Source: TPA_inf: Saccharomyces (taxonomy: Eukaryota). From it: 64,000 nucleotides of DNA. The notes beneath the pieces are model-generated. The model was not told the DNA's origin and made no database searches. It worked only from the letters and a program-made list of their open reading frames with translations. The position numbers and the translations under genes are program-made. The stretch lies in NCBI GenBank assembly GCA_000146045.2, contig BK006939.2:288001-352000 (forward strand). Reading direction: 5' to 3'. Positions 24,590 through 36,271 of the stretch are shown in pieces (positions within the stretch are counted from its first letter, which is position 1; each line of letters begins with the position of its first letter).

Positions 24590-25498
24590 TTAACCTTGCG
24601 CCTGATCAAAACAATCATTAATAGCCATATTATTTTTATCAACTTCTGGACAGTCAATACTCCAGGGATAATAATGGGACCAAGCATCATTGGCAACTAC
24701 TCTCAGCTCGGCACGCCAAGAATCACCGTGGCTATAGGTAACACAAAACGCTGTCTTGCCGTGATTGTGCATACTGGATACTGAAACACGAACTGCACAT
24801 GTTAAATTTCCTTCAGAGGCTGTAATATCACAGCTACTGTTTGTTGACCACGTCTTGACAAACAAACTCCAACCCTCTTGCCCATCAAAAAAGATATTCG
24901 TGAACTCCTGGCTGCCGCAAAACTTCTTGTCACCGCTCCCGTGAACGGCCCATGCTACCCATTGCGCTATGTAGCTGTTCAAATTAGTCGTAAGAGTTGT
25001 GGAAGAGACGGCCCTATTGTACAACCTAGACCAAGTTCTTACCTCCACTCCGTAAAACTTGGCTCTACAGAGGGTAGATTCACCTGTTTCCTGGTTGCGG
25101 TTGTATTGCAGGTCTGCTGGTGTTTCCACAGAACCATCGACGGCTACATTAATGGCATTACTGATACTTATTGCCGTGACGTCATTTTGAAGTTGCTCGA
25201 CGAGACTATGCTGAGTGAAGTTGGCTGCTTGGGTAGTTATATTACTGATAATGTTAGGGTATTCAGTAGCATCACGCTTGTTGAAGGACTCAGGTACAGT
25301 ACCATTTGCAGTTAATCCTATCGTCTGGTAAAATTCAACCATAGAAACTGGAGCGATTGCCAAATCATCGTCCATTTGCCAGAATCCTGATGGCAAGCCC
25401 TGGCTTTCACCGCCCGTCAGGTAGATCTCAGCACGTGTGCATGCGCATAACAATAAGATCGCATAAAAAAATGAGACGGTATAGTATCCTGAGGTCAT
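24590..25498 (-). CDS. YER076C, uncharacterised secreted/cell-surface-type protein, 302 aa, with a signal peptide, many N-glycosylation sequons and conserved Cys residues.
   Basis: 302-aa ATG ORF with a hydrophobic N-terminus (MTSGYYTVSFFYAILLLCACTRA) and multiple N-x-S/T sites. I recognise it as YER076C. An antisense ORF at 24878..25315 sits inside it and is likely spurious. Confidence 0.8.
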   Translation of the reverse strand: MTSGYYTVSFFYAILLLCACTRAEIYLTGGESQGLPSGFWQMDDDLAIAPVSMVEFYQTIGLTANGTVPESFNKRDATEYPNIISNITTQAANFTQHSLVEQLQNDVTAISISNAINVAVDGSVETPADLQYNRNQETGESTLCRAKFYGVEVRTWSRLYNRAVSSTTLTTNLNSYIAQWVAWAVHGSGDKKFCGSQEFTNIFFDGQEGWSLFVKTWSTNSSCDITASEGNLTCAVRVSVSSMHNHGKTAFCVTYSHGDSWRAELRVVANDAWSHYYPWSIDCPEVDKNNMAINDCFDQAQG

Positions 25499-26533
25499 TT
25501 TTCTCCCTTGGATTGATTGCTTGCTTTTGTATCTTTCTTATAATAGTTCTTTCAGAAGAGCCCAATATGCGGTTATTATATAAGTTAAGTTACGGCTATG
25601 TGAAGATTTTGAATAATGTAAAACTGTTAGAAAGCATTGCCTCTTGTATAAGATGTGGTCGCATTACTTCAGTTAATGACTTGAACCAGTTTGTTTTTCA
25701 ATCCACGGCTGTATTCTTCACTAATAAAACCGATTAGCGGGAGTCAGGGAAATAGAAAGAATATTTGCAAATGGAGCACCATTTTAGAATTAATTTTTTT
25801 TCAGTGCTCACAGGTTGATGATAATGACAAAATATTTTGTTCTTTAGAATTATTTACATATTGTTTAGAGATGAACGATTATTCACACTTATTACTATAT
25901 TGGTTTAAAATGGTTAACAGTTTGCTCGAGATATCAACACAATCTAGTCTTACATAAAACTTTCTTTTTTGTCCCTGGAAATCTGGCGCAAACCCTTTTT
26001 CATAGGATTGACTTAAAATAGTTGAAGAGCGATTTCTCTTGCAAAAAAAGGTGCTAACCCTTCTTACTTTGGTTTATTTTCGTGTTGGAACAAGTAGTAC
26101 AAAAATATACAGGCGAGTTGATATAATAACATTATGTGCGTTCTCATCGTATACTTAGGCACATCTCTTATACGCTTATATATAATTGCAACAGTAACAG
26201 AATAATGAAACTGTTAAAAGCAATATGTAGACAATGACGCAATTGAGTTACAGATCCAATATATACGTGGAAAATATGAGTTGTTACACTGAACATGTTA
26301 TATTTACCTGACATACCACTATATTGTACTGATGATACTTAAGACGTGCCAATTGCGCGTGTTATATGAACCTCTCCTTCATAGTATAGGAAGATGTACT
26401 TTCATTCTTAATTAACACCACCTTTGAATAATTTATCATCAGTAACTTTCAATTAACAAAAAAAATAGGAAAAAAATTTGAAAAAACCTCAAAACTATGT
26501 ACATATTGAAAGGAGTAAATAATCAATTTTTAC

Positions 26534-28600
26534 TTAAAACTTGTCATAGCTGGTTTCAAGTATCAGCTCGGCCAAGTCCTCCATGATGCGCTCTTCACTG
26601 GTACTTGTATTTTCGCTATCACCCTTCCTTCTTGAGTTGCCTTCAATGTCCGCTAAATCTTCCAGTAATATTTGCTTCAGCCTCAAAAGGTGCCTTCTGG
26701 CAAGAAACTTCTTTCTTTCCGTGCCTTTTAAACTGGCTATTTCCTCACTGTCCAGTGACGGAAGCTTGATTCTCTCGGTTAAAACCTTGACTAAACGAAT
26801 TCCCTCCAACGTAACAAACCGCTTGTCTTCTATGCTCGCTTTAAATTCCTTCCCGAACTCACCATTCAATAAAGATTTCAAGTATTCATCTAGTATACTT
26901 TTCAGTTCCACTGTAGACACTTTATCATTCATGTTCAGATTTTTAACGATAGGAAACAGGAACTTCCATGAATTAAACCTGTAAACTTTGCCGTTCAACT
27001 TTGATGAGTATGTGGCCTCTACGCTATCTATAAACCCCCGAATCTTGTGCAAAGTAGCTTCAGCATTTGATGCATCTTTGTTTATAACGGCCTTGAGACT
27101 TTGTCTTTGGAATGCGTTGTACACCAAAATTAACGTCCTCCTGGTTATTGAGATTTGTGCCGACGAGGCTACCCGTTCATAAATGTCCAGACACTCGTCG
27201 CCGCAAGTGATGGGCCTCGTTGTTATGACAGTTTCCATGTATTTGTGGTATATGCTCTGATCTAACATTTGGTTGTTCTGTGCCTCTAATGTCTTAAATA
27301 TTTCCATAGCAAGATCATATTCCTTGTTTTTCAAACAGTAATTCATAAACAATCCCACAACATGTTTGTTGAGAGGAAATGGCTTATTGATGTTCCAATG
27401 ACTTAGTGGAACTAACGTAGGAAAATCGCTTTGTGTCAAATACTTCTTGAAAATGGTCTTATCAAATTGAAAATATTCACAGAGGGCCCATAGTCCCATT
27501 CCTTGCTTCTCAATCTTTGGTGACTTCTGGCTACATATTACTTCACAGTACTCAAATAACAATTTAGAATCGACACAATAGTCTGGTATTTTATTCATCA
27601 AATCATTGAGTACCACCATAAAACGTTTCTCATCGGCAATCCTGGTACAAGATCTTATCATTAAGGTATATGTAATACTATCCTTTTTCAAACCTGGGCA
27701 CTTTTTATTAAGAAGTTTGAACACTAGTGTTTCATCGGTACAATTTATCAGTGCCGCCAAAGCGGTATTATATTCTATTTCCGTGAGCTCATTTTTGTCA
27801 CACAAACTATCTATAGTCTTCAAAACAAGTTCTCCGTATTTTTTTGAGACCAAATTTTCTTGTTTTGAGAGCCCATTAAAGAGGATTGTGATGGAATGTT
27901 GATCAATAGGGACTCCCCATTTTTTTCGCCAATTGAAGATATCTACAGCACTTTGTTGGGACTGCACAACTTCGATATAATATTTCATAATCAAATTCAT
28001 CCCAACGACGCCTTTCTTTTTAGCTAGCCTAGCCAAAAAGACAGCTTTTTCCAGTTGTCCTCTTTTCAAAAATTTTTGAACATCATTGGCGATTAATTTG
28101 GAATCACGTAACTGTTCTCCATTGACGCCTAGTATGGTATAAAAGAGTCTCTTATCTTTGGTTAAGGATAGGAACTTCAAGTCGCTTTGGCTAGTTGGCC
28201 CCAGTTTTGTATCTGCTAATGCCTCATTATTTATTTTATGAAATTTTCGAAGAATATGAAAAGCTTGATCCTTGGGGTATGCTGTCTTTTGCAGTTTTTT
28301 CAATTGTCTTCTTTTCTTAGAATTTATCCTTTCCAATTGTTTGGATGTTTTATTTAATATGAAACCGTGACGTTCTAGCTCATGTAGTCTTTCTTTTACT
28401 TGAGTTTTCTGTAGATTTGTCAGTGAATGAAAAGATCTTCTCAGCAGATGCTCTGTGAGATTAATTGCAGTGTTTATTCGGGGTAGCATTCTAGTAAATA
28501 TACAAGTGTCTACACCTATTCTTGAAGACTGCGATGACTTTGAGGATGATTGATTCAGATCCTTGGTTCTCAGCTGTCCTTTTGTAATTTTTAGACCCAT
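26534..28600 (-). CDS. MRX1: YER077C (MRX1), mitochondrial helical-repeat (PPR-like) protein, 688 aa.
   Basis: 688-aa ORF of exact length. It has a basic N-terminal presequence-like region and helical repeat content. Confidence 0.85.
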   Translation of the reverse strand: MGLKITKGQLRTKDLNQSSSKSSQSSRIGVDTCIFTRMLPRINTAINLTEHLLRRSFHSLTNLQKTQVKERLHELERHGFILNKTSKQLERINSKKRRQLKKLQKTAYPKDQAFHILRKFHKINNEALADTKLGPTSQSDLKFLSLTKDKRLFYTILGVNGEQLRDSKLIANDVQKFLKRGQLEKAVFLARLAKKKGVVGMNLIMKYYIEVVQSQQSAVDIFNWRKKWGVPIDQHSITILFNGLSKQENLVSKKYGELVLKTIDSLCDKNELTEIEYNTALAALINCTDETLVFKLLNKKCPGLKKDSITYTLMIRSCTRIADEKRFMVVLNDLMNKIPDYCVDSKLLFEYCEVICSQKSPKIEKQGMGLWALCEYFQFDKTIFKKYLTQSDFPTLVPLSHWNINKPFPLNKHVVGLFMNYCLKNKEYDLAMEIFKTLEAQNNQMLDQSIYHKYMETVITTRPITCGDECLDIYERVASSAQISITRRTLILVYNAFQRQSLKAVINKDASNAEATLHKIRGFIDSVEATYSSKLNGKVYRFNSWKFLFPIVKNLNMNDKVSTVELKSILDEYLKSLLNGEFGKEFKASIEDKRFVTLEGIRLVKVLTERIKLPSLDSEEIASLKGTERKKFLARRHLLRLKQILLEDLADIEGNSRRKGDSENTSTSEERIMEDLAELILETSYDKF

Positions 28601-28806
28601 CTTTATTTTGCCGTAACTAAAAATAAAAACTAAAGAGCAGTGCCCAAGAAGAAGAGGAAAAAAACAAAAAGAAAGCTGAAGAAAAGTATCTCAAGATATT
28701 TTCAGTAAATTTTTTTTTTTTTGAATTTTCCGTTTAATATTAAAAGACCTTAAATCGATAAGTTATGTATCTGTATATACAGGGTGTACTCAATTTAGCA
28801 ATAACA

Positions 28807-30342
28807 TTACAGTGGTGCCACTTGGTCCTCCTCGAATTTTGTAGATAAGCCATTTTGCATGACATTTTCTAAATCGTCAATTTCTTTCACTGCTTCAACA
28901 GTTAAATTAGTGTAAGTATCTTCACCAATGGCTATGTCATCTTCAATTCTTATTCCGACGTTTCTAAAGTAAGATGGAAATGATTCCTCGTTAGGAATAT
29001 ATAAACCCGGTTCAATAGTAATAACTTGTCCAACCTTTAATGGTTCGTACCTGGAAACTTTAGGCACATCGTGAACATCTAGACCTAAATTGTGTCCAAT
29101 ATAGTGCGGATACAATTTTTCAACATTCCAACCGGAGACTTTATCTATGCCCAAGTTTTTCAATTCCTGTTTCATGAGTGTGATACTCTTTTCATGGATG
29201 TCGTGGAGGGAATAGTTATTGCTAGCTTTACATAACTTAATGCAATCACGCTGAACATTTAATACAGCTTCGTAGAGATCTCTTTGTGCATCAGTGAATT
29301 TCCCACTATTGGGCCACGTTCTCGAAATATCAGCACAATAACCACCCAAGGAGCCAGCAGCGTCTACAAGAACCATTTCGTCGTCAAACATCACATCATC
29401 GTTTCTTGTGTAATGGATACACAAAGAATTCGAACCAGTAGCGACCACGGGGATATATGCGTCCTTATCGCAACCACCGGATATAAACTTGTAATGAAGA
29501 AAGGAATCTAAAGTTCTCTCATTCCTAAATCTTTTAGCAAAGGCTTGATTGAACGATCTTCCTGATATTTGGCCAGCTCTCCTCATAATTCTCAACTCTT
29601 GAGGGGACTTGATCTTACGGAACTCTGCAATTCTTTTACTGATGGGTTTGATGGTCTTATTCGCAATGGAATTCAATGATCGATTGCTATTCCCACTGCC
29701 ATCTAACAGGCTCTTGATGTGTTTAAAATTGGACGAACTGGGATTAGAAGTTGATAGCATATCAAAATAGATGAAATCATTCCTGTTAATTATTTTGGGC
29801 AAATATTTAGACAAATCGTTAATGGAAGCAGATTCATCGGCATTGAAAATTTCTTGAACACCATAAACCCCAGACCTAAATCCTTCCCACTTTTCAGCAA
29901 ACGCATCCTTTGGCGGAACCAGCATGTGGAAAATTGTATCACTTAAACTATCCGTTGGCTTTTCTAAAATCATGACCGAATTAGGTTCATTCCAACCACT
30001 AAGATAAAACAGGTCATTTTCCTGTTGGAACGGATAAAATACTGCTCCAGATGCAAATTGGATATCGTTACCAGCTAAAATCACACAACTTTTGGGAGGC
30101 AATGTTTCCGCCAACCTAATTCTTCTTTCATAGTATTCCAAGGCTGAAATGCCTGGTGTCAACTCGCCCGACTTTATAAGGAACGGCCTTGTCTCATGCA
30201 GTGGTTGGCCTGCCTCAATGGGGATTCTGACTCTATTAGTAAAAGTATTACTTTTATGCTGTTCCAATGGCGATACCAACTTCGAGAAGTATCTTTGGCA
30301 AGATTGCATAGAAAACCGTACTGGGTTTATCCTATGTAACAT
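28807..30342 (-). CDS. ICP55: ICP55, mitochondrial intermediate cleaving peptidase (M24 Xaa-Pro aminopeptidase family), 511 aa.
   Basis: 511-aa ORF with the M24B metal-binding motifs (DAAGSLGGYCADISRTWP...HYIGHNLGLDVHD...). The length is exact. Confidence 0.92.
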   Translation of the reverse strand: MLHRINPVRFSMQSCQRYFSKLVSPLEQHKSNTFTNRVRIPIEAGQPLHETRPFLIKSGELTPGISALEYYERRIRLAETLPPKSCVILAGNDIQFASGAVFYPFQQENDLFYLSGWNEPNSVMILEKPTDSLSDTIFHMLVPPKDAFAEKWEGFRSGVYGVQEIFNADESASINDLSKYLPKIINRNDFIYFDMLSTSNPSSSNFKHIKSLLDGSGNSNRSLNSIANKTIKPISKRIAEFRKIKSPQELRIMRRAGQISGRSFNQAFAKRFRNERTLDSFLHYKFISGGCDKDAYIPVVATGSNSLCIHYTRNDDVMFDDEMVLVDAAGSLGGYCADISRTWPNSGKFTDAQRDLYEAVLNVQRDCIKLCKASNNYSLHDIHEKSITLMKQELKNLGIDKVSGWNVEKLYPHYIGHNLGLDVHDVPKVSRYEPLKVGQVITIEPGLYIPNEESFPSYFRNVGIRIEDDIAIGEDTYTNLTVEAVKEIDDLENVMQNGLSTKFEEDQVAPL

Positions 30343-30548
30343 ATCAACAGAAAATGACCACTTTTCCTATTAGCTTTTTCTATTATATTCTTTAGAATTG
30401 GTGGAGTTTCTTGCGCAAACGATCCACTTTTGCAGTGCAGTAAGTGATCCCTATACCAGGTGAGTTGATATATATTTACTGTATCTTGTACTATTTTATG
30501 AACAAGAAAGGCTATTACTCACAACAGTTTTGGTTTCAGTCAAAGTTT

Positions 30549-30582
30549 ATGTGTGAGTGTGAGTGTGAATGTGTGCGTGTTG
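30549..30582. repeat. Imperfect (TG)n / TG1-3-like tract in the ICP55-YER079W divergent promoter.
   Basis: atgtgtgagtgtgagtgtgaatgtgtgcgtgttg, an alternating purine-pyrimidine run of 34 bp. Confidence 0.8.
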
Positions 30583-30919
30583 CATAATTGCATTTGGCCT
30601 TTCCGAGAAATAAGTCATTCTTTATTTTTCTCTCTTTACGGTTTAATGGTGCGGCTTTCGTATCTGCGTCTCATCCTTCCCCCTTGCCGCTTGTCAGAAC
30701 TCTCTAGCTTGGCGATTCTCTATCAACCTGTTATTCCAATTCTTATATCTACCATTACCTTCCAGCATTTTTTCAAATGTGTTCACACGCCCTGTAACGT
30801 TTATATATAAATATTTTAATATTTAACTTAGCTTATGCATATATAGTTAAAAGGGATAATAACAATAAGAATAAAAAACACAAACTGCTGAGATAAGAAA
30901 AGGAAGCGAATAGTTAATA

Positions 30920-31552
30920 ATGCCTGATTCATCACATTCAATAAGCTCAAAAGATGTTGCATCTGCCATCTCTCTCTATGATCAGTCCATTTACACTAAT
31001 AACAGGTCTACTAACCTGGACTTAGATCAGAGATCAATGAGCCCTTCCAATATTGCCTCTGGTGAAGATAGGATAACGAGAACGAACTCAGGTTGCTCCA
31101 TCACATCAGGTGCCTCCATGATTGCCACGAAGGATGGTATTCAGGGGATTAATGTCAAAAGAGATGGGATTCCGAAATATTCACTTAATTTATTGAATTC
31201 CATGGTTCGAAAACAATATGATCACAATAATGGAACAAAGTCTCCTACCCCGAAGACTAGCAATATGGTAGACCCTAAGAACAAAAAGAAGAACAAAAAA
31301 AAGAAGAATGACAAGGATGACAAATACAAGGTATCGCATGATCAAACCGAAAAGTTTTACAAACTCAACACCACTTCCAACTCCAATCTCACCTCTGATT
31401 CTACTACTTCGTTATCGGACCAGTTTTATTTCCAGAAAAGTAACGCTGATTCTGCTCCATTAGACAATGCAAATTACCCACTCTCCGACCATTCCCCCTC
31501 CCTAAACTCTATGGATAATACTACAAAGCATAGCAGCAATGTGCACACTTGA
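30920..31552 (+). CDS. YER079W, uncharacterised Ser/Asn/Lys-rich protein, 210 aa.
   Basis: 210-aa ATG ORF of exact length. It is predicted disordered and has a lysine-rich NLS-like block (KNKKKNKKKKNDKDDK). Confidence 0.8.
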   Translation: MPDSSHSISSKDVASAISLYDQSIYTNNRSTNLDLDQRSMSPSNIASGEDRITRTNSGCSITSGASMIATKDGIQGINVKRDGIPKYSLNLLNSMVRKQYDHNNGTKSPTPKTSNMVDPKNKKKNKKKKNDKDDKYKVSHDQTEKFYKLNTTSNSNLTSDSTTSLSDQFYFQKSNADSAPLDNANYPLSDHSPSLNSMDNTTKHSSNVHT

Positions 31553-31962
31553 ATCACGTGAACCACAGTAACCTAATTGCTCAAATTTTGAGAGTTAAAG
31601 GAAAGAATAAAATATATAAATGATACGTTTATACCCGCTAAAAAAAAAAAATATAAAACAAAAAAAGGATCTCATAAGACGATTTGTTGGGATATGTCCA
31701 CATCTTTCGGCTATATACTACATTTAGCTGTTTCCCGTTTCTTTGTATTATTCCCTTCTTATGTATAACTTTTACTAGTAATAATTATAATAAATATTCG
31801 TTTTGAAACATGGTAATTTCAAATGTTCAATGTATTTTCGGGCCGATTGCTGACCAGCGACACTTTAAGCCGAACTGTATTTAGTAGACTCCCTTTTCTC
31901 ATCAGCGAAGAAGAAGTAGCAAAAGCTGTTTAGCAAGCAAGACAGCAATACGAAGACCAAGC

Positions 31963-33846
31963 ATGATTAGGTACACTGTTGCTGGCCATTCCAGAAGGTG
32001 TGTAGTAGGAGCTTCGAAAAGAGTGGGTGCAATTAAATGTATCACCGTCGCCGCCACCAAGAGATTTATCTCCAATAAGCCAAACGAAGTTTTTACCAAG
32101 CTAACGAATGACAATGATCCAAAGAGAGATGCCTTTTTCAAATATACGTGGGGCTCATGGCTTAAAAATGATAAGCAAGAAAAGGAAAAAAGATTCACGA
32201 AGTTTTCGATTGAAGGTTTAAATCGCATTCTCAATGACATCTACATTCAATCTAATGAAATGGCTAAGGCCCCCGACGGTAAGATCTTACCACCAGTGTT
32301 TAACAAGAACTTGACCGTTTCATTGGTCAATAACGTTGTACCAAAGAATATAGGTAAAATCAACCCAAATGAAAAAGTTCAAGTAACCACATTATCTAGT
32401 ATTCACGAAGGTAAACATCACAGAATATACAAGGTCGACACGAATTTGAACAAGGCATTTATCTTGAGGATTCCTTATCCGCTGGAAAATGAAAACACTC
32501 TATCCTACAGAATAAGAAGTGAAGTAGCAACCATGGATTTTGCTGACTTGAAGTTGGGCATCAAAGTTCCCAAGATTTTTTGTTATGGTGTCAATTCTTT
32601 GAACCCTGTAAGGCAGCCTTTTGTCTTACAAGAATTTATCGAAGGAGAACTCTTGATGAAAGATTGGGATCCATTGATTGAAGACGGTTCCTCCAATCAA
32701 AAAAAATATGACAATGTTATTAAACAAGTTTCTGATTTTCAGTCGAAGTTAGTGTCATTGAAATTAAATGCATTTGGATCCATATATTTTAACAATGACT
32801 TAAAAGACGGAAATGAGAAGGAGTTTGTTAAGGAAGACATATACGATGGGGAAACTAATCCGGATCTACAAAACAGATGGAAAATTGGGCCATCCGTGGA
32901 AAGATGTCTCTGGAGACATAAATCTCACTTGGATTTTCATAAACAAATGAAACCTTTTTTGGGACCATGGCCAAAGAAGTCTCCAATGGATATAATTAAA
33001 AATACTGGCCTATTGGAAGCTGAAAATGCTAAAACTAGAATAGCCATGAAAGAGGCAGGAAGTTCAGCTGAATTGATGTATCCTCGAACTTTGAAGGAGC
33101 AAATAACTACCTATGAAAATTTAGCTAAGATTGCCCCGGATTTATTCAACGTCAAAACAAAGGCCATTCCAAATATGCAGGAACTATTGTCACCACGTTT
33201 GTTTCATCCTGATCTAGACCCCATGAATATTATTGTTAACAAAGAAGCACAAGAAGCCTATCTATTAGATTTTGAAGGAGCATGCACAAAACCTTTCATT
33301 TTACAGAATTCGCCACAATTCATCGCCTATGATGGGCCCAAGATTTATGACTTAAAGGAGGACATAACCGATTTTGACAAATTATCTGAGGCGGAAAAGG
33401 TGCAATATCAGTTCATGTACAAGCGCACCCGTAATCAACATCAATGGGAGAAAAAATTAAATGACAATAATCCTAAATTAATTACTGCAGTTGCCCCACC
33501 TGTTAAGCTACTGAGAAGCCCATATATTGCAGCTGTCGAAAGAAAAACGGAAGAAGAGTATTTACTTATTGATGAATCACTATTGCAATTGAAGGAAGTT
33601 TGGGACATCTTTGCCCAGAATGAGTTAGTGAATCAGAAAAAGTTTCCTCTAAACTATAGTAAAGAAGATATTGAAAGACATGTTGAGGATTTGCAAAAAT
33701 TACACGAAAAGCTAATCTCTACACCATTTGCTGCCACTCAAGGGTGGATTCCTCAAGATATGTTTGATCAACTATTAAATTCCGGCAGTATTGTTAAGCA
33801 AGAGAACGGAGACTACACCGTGAAGCAACCTGAAGCTACCAAATAA
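31963..33846 (+). CDS. AIM9: AIM9 (FMP29), mitochondrial protein with a kinase-like fold, 627 aa.
   Basis: 627-aa ORF of exact length with an N-terminal presequence ([20 protein letters not shown]...). Confidence 0.9.
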   Translation: MIRYTVAGHSRRCVVGASKRVGAIKCITVAATKRFISNKPNEVFTKLTNDNDPKRDAFFKYTWGSWLKNDKQEKEKRFTKFSIEGLNRILNDIYIQSNEMAKAPDGKILPPVFNKNLTVSLVNNVVPKNIGKINPNEKVQVTTLSSIHEGKHHRIYKVDTNLNKAFILRIPYPLENENTLSYRIRSEVATMDFADLKLGIKVPKIFCYGVNSLNPVRQPFVLQEFIEGELLMKDWDPLIEDGSSNQKKYDNVIKQVSDFQSKLVSLKLNAFGSIYFNNDLKDGNEKEFVKEDIYDGETNPDLQNRWKIGPSVERCLWRHKSHLDFHKQMKPFLGPWPKKSPMDIIKNTGLLEAENAKTRIAMKEAGSSAELMYPRTLKEQITTYENLAKIAPDLFNVKTKAIPNMQELLSPRLFHPDLDPMNIIVNKEAQEAYLLDFEGACTKPFILQNSPQFIAYDGPKIYDLKEDITDFDKLSEAEKVQYQFMYKRTRNQHQWEKKLNDNNPKLITAVAPPVKLLRSPYIAAVERKTEEEYLLIDESLLQLKEVWDIFAQNELVNQKKFPLNYSKEDIERHVEDLQKLHEKLISTPFAATQGWIPQDMFDQLLNSGSIVKQENGDYTVKQPEATK

Positions 33847-34209
33847 TCTATACTAAAAATGAAATATTTTTTTGTTTTCTTTACCTCATTCAACTGTATA
33901 GAACGTTATAACAAAATAATCAAGTTAAAACCCTTTTTTGTACACAATGGAATCTCTTCCATTTACTAATCAACTTAACAATGCTGGATTGGATATATTG
34001 ATAACGTTTTAAAAAGCGTTGCGTGATGTTTGGGTGCAATTGGCGGAAAAGCGGAACTTTCAAATTTACGATAGGTGGAGATACATCTCCACCTTTCTCC
34101 CCATTATCTTTGAATTTTCCTCAAATATATAAAGAGAACAACAAATCCATAGAAATGCCATTGTTTAATCCTGATTATCTACATTGTTTTAGTTTTTTAC
34201 TCACAATCG

Positions 34210-34620
34210 AGTAATGCCTTTGTTTGGCCAAGCTATGTGCAAATATCACAAATTAAAAATTTGGTTAAGCAGTTAGGCTGGACCTAATATTTTAGAAAAA
34301 CCTAATTTTTTTTGTGGACCCATTTTCGATATTTACTCACAAATGGAATTCAAGGGGAACAACTTCGGTCTCAGCACTTTAATTATTCTTCTCGTTCCCA
34401 CCTAATTTCGCAATTTATTGTCCTTGACTTCTACCACGAGAAAAAAATTAAGAAAATGCAACGCTGCCCGTGCAGGGTTTTCTGAGCGGGATGAAAAAAT
34501 CAGACAAATATCCAAGTTATGAGTAATTACTTTGTTGGAAGGAGGGAGCAGAGGATAAGGAAATTCTTAAAACTGTTATGTATATAAAGGAAGAACCATT
34601 TCTAGTTATTTCACTTTTTG
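34210..34620 (+). ncRNA. SRG1: SRG1, the regulatory ncRNA transcribed across the SER3 promoter. Boundaries are approximate.
   Basis: TATATAAA at 34126-34133 lies about 475-560 bp upstream of the SER3 ATG with no coding ORF. The SER3 TATA (TATATAAA at 34581-34588) lies within the SRG1 transcribed region. This is the established SRG1/SER3 tandem arrangement. Confidence 0.5.
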
Positions 34621-34685
34621 ATACTTGTCAACTATCTTAGTAAAAATACAGAACTCTATAAAGAACCACAGAAAAATCGACAGCA

Positions 34686-36095
34686 ATGACAAGCATTGAC
34701 ATTAACAACTTACAAAATACCTTTCAACAAGCTATGAATATGAGCGGCTCCCCAGGCGCTGTTTGTACTTCACCTACGCAATCTTTCATGAATACCGTTC
34801 CACAGCGCTTGAATGCTGTAAAGCACCCAAAAATTTTGAAGCCTTTCTCAACGGGTGATATGAAGATTTTACTATTAGAAAACGTTAATCAAACTGCTAT
34901 TACAATCTTCGAAGAGCAAGGTTACCAAGTCGAATTCTATAAATCTTCATTGCCCGAGGAAGAGTTGATCGAAAAGATCAAGGACGTTCATGCTATTGGT
35001 ATCAGATCAAAGACTAGATTAACTTCAAATGTCTTACAACATGCGAAGAATCTGGTTTGTATTGGTTGTTTCTGTATCGGTACCAACCAAGTTGACTTAG
35101 ACTACGCTACCAGCAGAGGTATTGCTGTTTTCAACTCGCCTTTCTCCAACTCAAGATCAGTAGCAGAATTGGTCATCGCTGAAATCATTAGTTTAGCAAG
35201 ACAACTAGGTGATAGATCTATCGAATTACATACCGGTACATGGAATAAGGTTGCTGCTAGATGTTGGGAGGTAAGAGGAAAAACTCTTGGTATTATTGGG
35301 TACGGTCACATTGGTTCCCAATTATCAGTTCTTGCAGAAGCTATGGGTTTGCATGTGTTGTACTACGATATTGTAACTATCATGGCCTTGGGTACTGCCA
35401 GACAAGTTTCTACATTAGATGAATTGTTGAATAAATCTGATTTTGTGACACTACATGTACCAGCTACTCCTGAAACTGAAAAAATGTTATCTGCCCCACA
35501 ATTTGCTGCTATGAAGGATGGCGCTTATGTTATTAATGCTTCAAGAGGTACTGTCGTGGACATTCCATCTTTGATCCAAGCCGTGAAAGCCAACAAAATT
35601 GCAGGTGCTGCTTTGGATGTTTATCCACATGAACCAGCTAAGAACGGTGAAGGTTCATTTAACGATGAGCTAAATAGCTGGACTTCTGAATTAGTTTCAT
35701 TACCAAATATCATCTTGACACCACACATTGGTGGCTCTACCGAAGAAGCCCAAAGCTCAATCGGTATTGAAGTGGCTACCGCATTGTCCAAATACATCAA
35801 TGAAGGTAACTCTGTCGGTTCAGTCAACTTCCCAGAAGTGGCATTGAAATCATTGTCTTACGACCAAGAGAACACTGTGCGTGTGTTATACATTCACCAA
35901 AATGTACCAGGTGTTTTGAAGACCGTCAATGATATTTTATCGAACCATAACATCGAAAAGCAATTTTCCGATTCAAATGGTGAAATTGCTTATTTAATGG
36001 CTGATATCTCTTCTGTTGACCAAAGCGATATTAAAGATATTTATGAACAACTAAATCAAACCTCTGCTAAGATCTCAATTAGATTGCTATATTAA
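34686..36095 (+). CDS. SER3: SER3, 3-phosphoglycerate dehydrogenase, 469 aa.
   Basis: 469-aa ORF with a D-isomer-specific 2-hydroxyacid dehydrogenase NAD-binding domain (GIIGYGHIGSQLS) and a C-terminal ACT domain. Confidence 0.95.
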   Translation: MTSIDINNLQNTFQQAMNMSGSPGAVCTSPTQSFMNTVPQRLNAVKHPKILKPFSTGDMKILLLENVNQTAITIFEEQGYQVEFYKSSLPEEELIEKIKDVHAIGIRSKTRLTSNVLQHAKNLVCIGCFCIGTNQVDLDYATSRGIAVFNSPFSNSRSVAELVIAEIISLARQLGDRSIELHTGTWNKVAARCWEVRGKTLGIIGYGHIGSQLSVLAEAMGLHVLYYDIVTIMALGTARQVSTLDELLNKSDFVTLHVPATPETEKMLSAPQFAAMKDGAYVINASRGTVVDIPSLIQAVKANKIAGAALDVYPHEPAKNGEGSFNDELNSWTSELVSLPNIILTPHIGGSTEEAQSSIGIEVATALSKYINEGNSVGSVNFPEVALKSLSYDQENTVRVLYIHQNVPGVLKTVNDILSNHNIEKQFSDSNGEIAYLMADISSVDQSDIKDIYEQLNQTSAKISIRLLY

Positions 36096-36271
36096 TATGC
36101 AATCGATTCTCATACTGTCAACTTTTTGAACATGATTAAAAGTTTCCTATAAAATATTAAAAAGAACCAAAAAAAAAATGGATAGAAGAATGCTTGAGGC
36201 AATAATAATGATTATCTATTTTATATATACATACATAATCATTTAAGTTTTTTTTTTAAAGATATTTCGAT

